A DNA stretch of 64,000 bases from Eledone cirrhosa (Eukaryota), in NCBI GenBank assembly GCA_964016885.1, contig OZ024740.1:405852001-405916000 (forward strand), given 5' to 3'. The position numbers were made by a program, and so were the translations under genes. Numbering within the stretch: position 1 is the stretch's first letter; each line of letters begins with the position of its first letter. The notes under the pieces are model-generated. The model ran no database searches, was not told the DNA's origin, and worked only from the letters and a program-made list of their open reading frames with translations. This document shows, piece after piece, positions 12,601 through 24,600 of the stretch.

Positions 12601-15600
12601 ATATGTATGACATGGTATTAGACAGTACATGTATGACATGGTATTAGACAGTACATGTATGACATGGTATTAGACAGTACATGTATGACATGGTATTAGA
12701 CAGTACATGTATGACATGGTATTAGACAGTACATGTATGATATGGTATTAGACAGTATATGTATGATATGGTATTAGACAGTATATGTATGATATGGTAT
12801 TAGACAGTATATGTATGATATGGTATTAGACAGTATATGTATGACATGGTATTAGACAGTATATGTATGACATGGTATTAGACAATATATGTATGACATG
12901 GTATTAGACAATATATGTATGACATGGTATTAGACAGTATATGTATGACATGGTATTAGACAGTATATGTATGACATGGTATTAGACAGTATATGCTGTA
13001 TTAGCGATAAATTTTCTAGGGTTTCTCTTAGTAGTTTTTTTCATGACATTATTATTGTTAATTTTACTGATGTAGTATTAACTTATTAACTTGGATATTT
13101 ACCATGCGGTATTCTAATCCTATTGTATCTCTCTCAGTTATTTACCATGCGACCCTCAGTTCCTACCCCCCCCCCTCTCTATGCACTTCTTTAAGGCTTA
13201 CTACCCTGTCTTTAACCTAATTCATTCAATCTGAAAATATTGAAGAGATAAGATACTTTCCCATTCTTCTCTGCTAAAATGTATCACTAGAGCTGATTCC
13301 AATTATTCCAGCCATCCATCTAATCTACGAAGGTATTTTAGCCTACATATTGTCGTTAATATTATGATGTTCCCTGCTGTATTAGCGTTAAATTTTCCCT
13401 GCTGTATTAGCGATAAATTTTCTAGGGTTTCTCTTAGTAGTTTTTTTCATGACGTTATTATTGTTAATTTTACTGATGTAGTATTAACTTGGATATTTAC
13501 CATGCGACTCTCAGTTCCTACCTTACAATTTCCCTCCCCCCCACCCCCACACACCACCATAGTCTATTCGACCAATCAAACCTAGCATGCCATTTCCACT
13601 GCTGCTGCTACTACCTGCCTAACTAACTCTCTCCTCCTCTGGCGCATCCCAACACACCCTGCCATTACCCCACCACCACTGTTCTTCTAGCCCTCAATTT
13701 TCCCACCGTTATGGATGGATGAGCTGGGAATACACGAGCAACTCTGAATCAATAGATGAAATATGAATCTGCGAGCTACCAAGCACCCACGTGAAGCGCC
13801 AACCCAGAGACCCTCCCCTACGAGTGTCGACAAATGCCCAAAACTCCGAGTTGGTACCATCAATGTAGGCTCAATGAAAGGAAGAGCAGGAGAAATCGTA
13901 GAAATGCTAGAGCGAAAGGAAGTTGATGTATGCTGTGTGCAAGAGACTAGATGGAGAGGAGGGTCTGCTAGAGTCCTTGTAGGAAAAAGCCAGTGCTACA
14001 AATTTTTCTGGGTGGGAAATGACGATGGGATGGGTGGTGTAGGTATACTATTAGCTGACAAGTGGGTAGATAAAGTAATCTCAGTGTACAGGGTAAATGC
14101 AAGAATCATTAAACTCAGACTAGTCCTGAATAAGACAATTACCACAATAATATCAGCTTACGCACCCCAATCGGGGCTGCCAGACGAACTTAAGGATAGG
14201 TTTTACGAGTCCCTAATACACACTACTGCTCTAACAGACGACAAGGACTTCCTAATCATTGCAGGAGATTTTAATGGACACGTAGGTAAACACTGCGACG
14301 GCTTCAATAGAGTACATGGAGGCCATGGAGTTGGCACAAGGAATGAGGAAGGATTCAGACTTCTAGAATTCTGCGACGCCAATGACATGTCGATATGTAA
14401 CACAAACTTTAAAAAACCCGACAACCACCTGATCACCTATAGATCAGGGGAGCACTCTAGTCAGTTAGATTTTATCCTCATCAGAGGACGTGACAGATGG
14501 ACGGTCGTAAACACAAAAGCCTTCCCTAGTGAGGAATGTACATCCCAACATAGCTTAGTTGTCAGCGACCTCACGGTCAGAACTAGACGAGCCCTGAAAC
14601 AGAGGCCAACCTGGAGAAGAAAGATCTGGAAGCTGAAAGTCCCCTCAACCAGTAACAGATTTAAAGATATTTTACTCAACGCCTACGACAGTAAAGAAGA
14701 ACAGATAGAGACATTTAACGTAGAAGAGAACTGGGAGTTCCTAAAAAATAACTTACTAGAGGCGACGGATGAGGTTTGTGGCTGGAGTAAGACCTCAAGC
14801 AGGAGGAGAGTGACTTGGTGGTGGAACAATAAGGTAGATGAAGCAGTCAAGGCCAAGAGACAGGCATGGAAAGAATGGAAGAACGGGGGGAGCAGGGTAC
14901 ATTACATAGAGACCAAGAGGGAAGCTAGGCGACAAGTATACTTAGCTAGGAGGGAAGCAGAGGATAGAAAATTCAAGCATGTTTTACAACGTGAGGACCA
15001 GAAACAGGAGGTATTCAAGATTGCGAGGCAGTGTGTCAGAGATAGTTGTGATGTCATTGGAGAGAAGTGTATCCGGAATGATAAAGGTGAGCTTGCCCTC
15101 ACAAGTGCTGAGAAGAAAGATGCATGGAAGAGTCATTATGATAGATTACTAAATGAGGAGAATGCATGGGAAGAAGAGACCCTACCCCACGTAGACCCTA
15201 CAGAGGGACCAGCAGTACAAGTCAGCGGCAGCGTAGTAAGTAAGGCAATCAGAGATATGAAGATAGGGAAGGCAACCGGTCCATCGGGTATAGCTGCCGA
15301 GATGCTGAAGGCATCTGGGTCTGTAGGTCACACTATAACCACACGTATCGTTAACCAGGTAATACTAGAGGGGGCCATACCAAAAGATTGGTGCAGTAGC
15401 ATCATTGTCAACTGCTACAAAGGTAAAGGCGATGCACTAGATAGAGGAAACTATAGAGGTATAAAGTTGATGGACCAGGTCATGAAAGTAACAGAAAGAG
15501 TTATAGCACAGCTGATTAGGGACCGGGTGAATATAGACGAGATGCAATTTGGGTTTGTACCAGGGAAAGGCACCACTGATGCCCTCTTCCTTGTGAGGCA

Positions 15601-18600
15601 ATTACAGGAAAAGTACCTAGCTAAAAGTAAGCCACTCTACTTGGCATTTGTCGACCTTGAGAAAGCCTTTGACAGAGTTCCACGTGCAGTAATCTGGTGG
15701 GCTCTTAGAAAACTAGGAGTAGATGAATGGCTTGTGAAAGCGGTACAAGCCATGTATAGGGGAGCAGTCAGCAAAGTTAGGATTGGCAATGAGTATAGCG
15801 AGGAATTTAGCGTACAGGTTGGGGTCCACCAGGGCTCTGTTCTTAGCCCTCTCCTGTTCATCATAGTCCTGCAGGCAATAACGGAGGAGTTTAAGACCGG
15901 ATGCCCATAGGAACTCCTGTATGCTGATGACCTCGCACTCATAGCTGAATCTATGGTAGAACTAGAGAATAAATTCCAAACCTGGAAGCAGGGACTAGAG
16001 AGAAAGGGCCTCAAAGTCAACATGACAAAGACTAAGGTCCTTGTAAGTAGACGAGAAAACAGAACCCAGATCCCCTCAGGGAAATGGCCTTGCTCAGTAT
16101 GTAGGAAAGGTGTAGGTAGGAACTCCATTCTCTGCCCCAAATGCAAACAATGGGTACACAAGAGATGTAGCGGGATCTCAGGAAGCTTAATTAAGAATGT
16201 AGGATTCACATGCAGCAGCTGTGCTGAAACAGCAAGCAAACAGCCACAGGAAACAAGTACCACCAATCTCTGGGAGGGCCCTGTAGAAACAGTAGACAGC
16301 TTCTGCTACCTAGGTGACCGAATTAGCAACGGAGGTGGGTGCTCAGAAAGTACAATAACTAGGGTAAGAACGGGATGGAAGAAGTTTAGGGAACTACTAC
16401 CACTGCTAGCTGCAAAAGGCTTCTCCCTCAGAATGAAAGGCAGACTGTATGATGCGTGTATCCGAACAGCGATGTTGCATGGTAGTGAGACCTGGGCGCT
16501 GAAGGTGGAAGACTTACGTAGATTAGAGAGAAACGAAGCCTGCATGCTCCGATGGATGTGTAACAGTAATATACGTGAACGACAAAGCATAAAGGAATTG
16601 AGAGAGAGACTGAGCATAAGAGGAATCAAATGCTGCGTGCAGGAGAGGCGGTTACGCTGGTATGGACATGTGATGCGTATGAAGGATGACAGCTGCATAA
16701 AAAGGTGCAGAGCACTAGAAGTTGATGGAAACCGCGGAGTGGGGAGACCCAAGATGACTTGGGATGAGGTGATAAAAGCCGACCTTACCCAACTACACCT
16801 CTCAAAGTCAATGACACACGACCGTGACTTCTGGCGTCACGCAGTAATACAGGGTACCCGACCTCCCATGGGTACATGCTGAAGCATATAAACAATATAC
16901 AAATAAGATATACAAATAACAAATATGTAAGGATATAGAAGAAAATAGTGAAAGAGATAAAGTTTACCAATTCTTTCCTTTGGCGGCCAAACCTGATGAG
17001 CTAATTCTTTCATAAATTGTTCCATAGCTATTACTCGATGATACTCTTTTAATGGCTCAACTTGAAAATATTTCTCAAAACTCACAGATTTCTATAAAAA
17101 AAAAAAAAAAAAAATTAATATATGCATTGGTTATGGAGGCACATGGCTGAGTAGTTAGAGCATTGGCCTTGCAATCAAAAGGTTGTGAGTTCTATTCTCA
17201 GACCGGGTGATGTGTTGTTTCCTTGAGCAAGACACTATTTCCCATTGCTCCAGTTTACTCAGCTGTAGAAATGAGATGATAGGGACTGGGGTCCATATTC
17301 CACTGCAAAGTGGTTGTGGAGGTGCCACGGCAAAAAAGCCCCTAGCACTCACTGTAAATGAGGTTGGTGTTAGGAAGGGCATCCAGCTGTAGAAATCAAG
17401 CCAGAATCAGTTCCTGTCCCACTCTTGCAAGCAGGGAAAAGTGGATGTAAAATGATAATGATGATGGTTGGTCATACTAGTGCCATGACAAAACATGTGT
17501 GTGTCTGTATGTATCATCATTTAACATCGATTTTCCATGCTAGCATGGATTAAACAGGTTGTCCTATTTGAGGCAAGTCAGGTTAGGTTACCATGTTTTG
17601 CTCATATATGACTGTTTCTGGCTTGGTTTCTATGGCTGGATGCCCTTCCTAACACCAACCACATTTACAGTGTATGCTGGGTATTTTGTTGTGACACCTA
17701 CACAACCACTTTACAGTGTGGGCTGGGGAACGGGGCAGTTTGGGCATGGGAAGTGTATGGAAGGTGGAAGGAGGATAGGGGTTAAGTGGTGCATACTAGA
17801 TGCATGCTTCAACCCATGCACATGGGAAGGCAGATCTATATTACTGCATGACGTCAAAGATCTTGATCCTGTGTCATCACCTTTGAGAGGTGTAATTGTG
17901 TAAGGTCATCTTTTATCATCTCATCCCAATTCTTCCTACTCCATAGCTTCCATTGACCTTGGTTGCGCTGCACCTTTTTATACAGCTGTCATCCTTCATA
18001 CGCATTACATTGCAAATTCCTCTCTTACACACTGCATCTGATCCTTCTTATGCTCAGTTTCTCACTCAGTTCATTTACTTTGCTGTTCATGTATATTACT
18101 ATTACACATTCCTCGAAGCAGTAGGCTTAATTTATTTCCAATCTTTGTAGGTCCTCTGCACACAATGCCCAGGTCTCGCTACCATGCAGCATTGCTGTTC
18201 GTATAGATGCATCATACAATTTGCCCTTCATTTTGAGGGAAAAATCTTTTGTAGCTAACAGTGGTAGTAGGTTCCTGAACTTTCTCCATCCTGTTCTAAC
18301 TCTAGCTACTGTACTTTTAGAACACCCTCCTCCACTGCTAATTTGGTCACCCAGGTAAGAGAAACTGTCAACCATTTCTGGAGAGCCCTCTGAGCAATTG
18401 AAGGAGCTAGTATCCTGCATGCTTTTGCTACTTACTGCACCTGTGCATTGGCTGCATATAAAACCTGCGTTCTTTGATAGCCTGCCTGTGATCCCACTAC
18501 ATCTTTTGTGTACCCATAGCTTGCATTTAGGGCATAGTATGGAATTTCTACCTACTCATTTCCTGCACACTGAGCAAGGCCATTTCTCTGAGGACTTTAG

Positions 18601-21600
18601 TCTTTGACAAGTTAACTTTGAAGCCTTTTGATTCTAGGCCATGCTTCCAGGTTTGGAATTTCTTCTCTAATTTTGCCATAGTTTCACTTATGTAGTCATG
18701 TTACAGTATTATTGTCTAGCTACTGACATTAGGCAGTTGTAGTGTCATTTAAATATAATTAATTCAACTGCTATCATGCTGGATTACTGCCTTCAAGGTA
18801 TTTAGCTGATCATATCAATCCAACACATTTTATCGATCTCATTTTGTTGAACCACTAAGTAATAGGACATAAACAGTGATCATAAATAGAGATACAGACA
18901 CACACATATGTAAACAATAGGCATCTGCACAGTTTACATCTACTAAATTTCACTTACATGGCATTGATCAATCTGATGCTACAGTAGAAGACTGTGGTAC
19001 AAAGATTCCTTGCATTGGAACTGAACCCAAAACCATGTGGATGTGAAGCAAACTCCTTAACCACAGAGCCAAGTCAGCATCTATATGGTTGTTTCCAAAA
19101 AAACTAAATTCAGAATCCCAAATTAATTTTAGAAATCAAAAAAAATTTATTCATAATAAAACATTTTGCTTGAAAGCCATGAAAAATAATTTTGCAACTT
19201 ACTGATCCAACCACAGAAGCGTGGTATTCTACCCATGGTGGGATCACCATTGTTCTATTTAACCTTTTGGCAAAAGCTAAACTTCCCAAAAATTGTTCTG
19301 CTTGGTTTCCAAATCGACCTGTAAAAAAAAAAAAAATGAAAATCAATTATATAATAAATGTATGTATGGGTCTATAACCTCTGATAAGTTATAGGAGTGC
19401 TGCAGTGACATACACATTGGTCATTTTAAACCTGGCAGAGACCATCCCCTCTCTAGGTCTGAACACAGCCTATTTCTACCAGAGAAAGAGAGACAGTGAT
19501 GGAGAGGAAGTGAGAAAGAGGTGTAGAGGAAGAATCAACCCCAGTACTGAACTGGTACTTTTAACAACTTCAAAAGGACGAAAGACAAAGTTGACTCCAA
19601 TCTGTTTTTGAACTCAAAGTGCAGAGAGCCAGAACAAAGACCATAAATCATTATATCAGATGTTCAAACAACTCTGCCAATTTGCCACCTATATAATATA
19701 TGCTTCACATCAAATGTTAAATTACAATATTGAAAAAGAAAATCACAAATTATCATCAACTCTTTTGTATTTATGCACCATTTGCACCTAACATATAGAT
19801 AAGGAGAGAAAAGTTTACTTTACAACTTTGTTGTTTTATATTTTTTAAGAATGTCTTGGCAATGTGGGTTCATGTGGTACAGGACTTTAAGTGTTAGAAA
19901 ATTAAGTCATTGATTTGTTATCCTTTTGAATTGTTTAAAAATAGCAAAAGAGAAATATCTAACAAATGTATAAAACCTATTTCTAAAGTTTGGGATTATA
20001 AAATCTTCTAAATATCATCATCATCAATTTACATCCATTGTTCCACATTTGCATGGGTTGGATGGATCCTTCTCAGTACAGCATCTTTCCACTTGTCATG
20101 TTCCTTTGTCATCTCCTCTGTGAGCTTTAGCAATCTGAAATCACCCCTCACTCCTTCCATCCAGGCCTTCCTTAGTCTTCTACTGCAGCTTTCTTCCATT
20201 TCTTCACCCAGCAATCATCATCCATGCACATCACATGTCCATACCAACACAGTCTCCTCTCCTGCACACGACTTCTGATTCCTCTTATATCCAGTTTCTC
20301 CCTCAGTTCATCCATACTTTGTTGTTCTTGCACAATATTGCATATCGATCGAAGCATGCTTGCCTCATTTCTCTCCAGCCTCCACATATCCTCTGTGTTC
20401 ACTGCCCATATCTCACTAACATGCAGCATGACACTTCATACATAGGCATCATACAGTCGACCTTTTATTCACAGGAAGAAACCTTTTGTTGTTAGCAGTT
20501 CCCTAAACTTCTTCCATCTGTCCTTATTCTAGCTACTGTGCTCTCTGAGCTCCCTCCTCCACTGCTAATTATATCACCTAGGTAGCAGAAACTATCACCC
20601 ACTTCTATGGTATGGTTGGAATGACGTTTGATTTTTGGCAACGTTCTACAGGTGAATGCTCTTTTTGATGCCAACCCGCATTTGTTTTCTAAGTAAGGTA
20701 TGGATCTCCACAATGGGATTTCTGTTTACACACATCATAAATATCACCACTTGCAATGTCAAATGCAAAAGGAAAAGACAAACAAACGCAGACACACATA
20801 CATATATAACAGTTATACAGTCTCAATCTAGCAAATTCACTCATAAGGGTGAAGCCAAACTTGGTCAGCCAAAGGCTATAGTAGAAGGCACTTGCTCAAA
20901 GAACCAAGCTGTAGGATGGAACTCGTAGCAAACCTCTTAGCCATACAGCCATGCCTGCACTTAATTCAATATATATTAAATAGGTTTTTATAAGAATCAA
21001 ATCAAAATAGAGATTATAACATTAAGAACAGAACAGAAAAGCAATAGTAGCATAATGTCAACAGAGCTTTAAAACTTCATTGGAGGCTAGACAACAAATC
21101 TGATCTATAAATCTACAATTTGACTATTTAGAGCAGTGAACCAAAATAAGTCTATCAAAACTATTCAATTGAGCTTTGGTATTGATTCACAACAAATTCT
21201 AATGAATTTAGTCAGAATTTGCAGTGTCTACAGATAAGCTTTCTATAGTTGAGAAATGAGTGTTATGGATACAGAAGACTACTATAGGTAATCCAATGTT
21301 ATGTGGTCAAGTTTTGACTAAATAAATGTAGTAATATGGGTATAGCCAATGAAACATTTATGAGGAAACATGTCTATCACTCTTTATATGCCATATTTTA
21401 GTCTCCACTATATTGCACTGGTTATACTGGAATTACTAGTGCAGTGTGACAGACAGGGAATATTACATTTCCTAATTTGTACATATATAAGGGAGCACTA
21501 GAAGAGTGGTGTCTGTATTAGAGAAAGAATAAAGAGACTCAATTGGAATATGAAACTCAATTCTTTCAGATCTACTAGAGGTGTTTGGCAAGTCATCACA

Positions 21601-24600
21601 GAATTTTGCTCTAATTAAATAATGTAACAGTTGTTTGTTGAAGTTGTTGATACAGTTTAGACTTGTGCAGGTCTGGCTAGCCGCCTATGAAATTGCTTAA
21701 CATACGAGGCTTCTTGAGTGGTTTAATGATAAAGATCCCAGTCCTATCACATAACAGAGTTGAGTGAGCATGAATATTTTGTAGTTGTAAAACAACTACA
21801 AAATTTTCCTGATCATATCGAGCAGGAGAGATAAGTGTTTTAAGATGGTGTTGCAATAGTGTTCTGGGTTTGCAGAAATATAATAAGGAATAAAAGTGGT
21901 TGCAAAGGTTATATTAGTTGGGGCAGCCTTCAAACACTACAGCCCTTTGACAACATATAAGGTTTGTTTACATCCAGCTACATTCTCGTTCCAAGCTACA
22001 TCCTAAAAAAGACAGGAAGAGATGTCGGTCACCCCTTTGTATAATAGTAACCCACTTACACAGTATTTAAGAGATATGGGATTCGATCCCTCATGTCCAC
22101 TTTTTTCCACTATGAGGGTAATTTACCCAATTTTCTCACCTATTATCTTATCTATAGTGATTGAATGTTATTTCAGTTATTTTCTGAATTTGGGAATCTC
22201 AAATTTTCAAATTTCAAACACTCACAGCCCTTTGATAATTCCTAAGGTTTATTACTTAGTAAGGAGAAAAAAAGAAAGCTAGTGATTGATGGAAACATTC
22301 AATAAGATTAATTCTAGAGAGATGTGCTTTTTAAGCAGCAAGATTGTATACCTTAATGTATTTAAAAAACTAGTTACAATGAGCGTAGCATGAAGTATAA
22401 AGACATTTCGAGTAGATTTTCATTAGAGTGACTGGAACTTAGGATTCTCTATATCACATTCCTAAATATTTGTAACTAAAACTAGATTTCAGGGTAACAG
22501 AAAATTTATTTATTTTAGCAACAAGTGCCATCCATTTCAACAAAACCGAATTTGATTGTTGTAGTTCTGAATAGCTCAAGATCACTATAAACACAACTGT
22601 GCTCCATATTTGAGTCCTGCTCATATATATGAAATAGACTCCAGCCAAACAATGACCCATCAAATTGATTGCTAGTGTAGTGTAAATGCACAAAGATTTC
22701 TTCAACACATCCTCTTCACAAGCATGCTATTTTCTTTCTTTCTTTCTATCCTCCTTCCAGTTATAAAACCTTTTGGCTCCTCTTAACTAATAAGTTATGT
22801 ACTAATTCTGCCCAAACCCACTCAATTCATTTGACTTTCTAACTCACCAACCCATAAACACTCTAAGACAATAAAAGGTTATAATCTATACACTAAAAGA
22901 TGTCCAGAATTGTCACTATACTTGCCAAAGAAAGTGACCCAAAGACATGTGCCTCACATGGTTATGGGGATAGCTATGACATGATTACAGCTTAAAATAT
23001 TCATAGTGAGAATCTTGTTTATTATACATAAACATATATATATGCCTTCCTATGTTAGTGCTACTGTTATTTAAGTTAACTATGATACAGATGTAGCTAA
23101 TAAAACATCTGGTGATAATCTACAGATCTATAAACATATCATATCCATGATTAAAAGGACTGGGAGCCTTATAATTAAAATAGCCAAGAAACTTTGAGAT
23201 ACAACTTCATAGGTAGGGTAGCTAAACCTAAAAAGGTGTGAGCCATAAGAATGAGAACAACTAGTTATTACAGAACATAAATCCTTGATAGTAACATAAA
23301 CAATAATACTTCAAGTTACAGAAGTTGATAATGAAGAACAGTTTCCTGGTTATTTGGATCAGTATTTTATATAAAAAAATGAAGAAATAAAATATTCTAA
23401 AAATGTTAGTAATATTCATGACCGAAGAGAAAAACCAATTAGTTATATGTAAAAGATATCAAACATTATGCTGTTAAGCATTAGTGTAAGCTTGACTGTG
23501 TGGTTGAAGAGTTTTCTTCACAACTGTGTGGTTCTCAATTCTATCTCACTGTGTAGTCTTTTGCTATAGCTTCAGGATAAACAATTTCTTGTGAATATAA
23601 TTTTGTAGATGAAAACTGTGCAGAATCCCATCATATATTTTCATAGAAAATGTAGAAATCTCAGAGGCAGAAAATAACTGTAAAATACAGACGATTACTA
23701 GTTTAGAAAATTGGGTAAAATTGACAGAAAAAAGTGGCCAGCAACTGCTATGAAAAATCAAACTTCTTATCCCTCAAATTCCAGCTGAGTAACCATTGAG
23801 CTAAGGAGCCTCTGACAACAATTTCCATCTAAATTAGATAGCTGAATTGAACAGTTTTTGAAATGTAAACCACATTGTATTGAACTATTGAAGTGCTGAG
23901 TAGTTGTGTAATTCATAGAAAATGTAGGAATCATAGTTCGAACACTCGGCCAGAATACAAAGTTTAATTCTTCATAGTGGACACCAGCCCCCTTTTTTCA
24001 TCCTTAGGGGCATTTTACCTGTTTTTCCAGGCTATTAATTATAGCAATCAACTGTGTTTACAGTTATTTTCTGTCTGAAATTCTTACAATTCCTATGAAT
24101 TTCATAACTACTTGGTGCTTTAATAGTTTGATACTTTGTACACAATGTTTATATATATATATATGCCCCCACACCCTCCCACTGCAAGGTGGTCGTGGAG
24201 GTGCCACGGCAAAAAAGCACCCAGCCCACACTATAAAGTGGTCGTGTAGGCGCCATGGAAAAAGCACCCAGCACTCACTGTAAATGAGGTTGGTGTTAGG
24301 AAGGGCATCCAGCTGTAGAAATCAAGCCAAAATCAGTTCCCGTATGAGCAAGGCATGGTCAGCCGACCAGACACTGCCCACAACTAACCCATGCTAGTAT
24401 GGAAGAACGGACATAAAACGGTGATGATGATGATGATGATGATGATGATACACATGTATGAATATCTTTTGACACTGTTTTGTCAAAAGATTTGTTGTGT
24501 CCAAATTGCTCAGCTCAAATGTTCCCCTGCCACTAATTGCAGTAAAGTAGTGATCAGCCTGGAGACATGTAAGCAGCAATGATATTACTGATCAAATGTG

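Noticed and set aside
11055-16752. Antisense ORFs over the two RTEs (e.g. 11055-11558, 15637-16266, 16306-16752)
   Set aside because: Shadow frames of real coding sequence with no motifs.
21200-23400. Possible ancient transposon or extra exon in intron 1
   Set aside because: No recognisable motifs, and POFUT1 exons 1 and 2 join without a gap.
24391-24582. Poly-Met and poly-His ORFs
   Set aside because: Translation of the (GAT)n retroelement tail.
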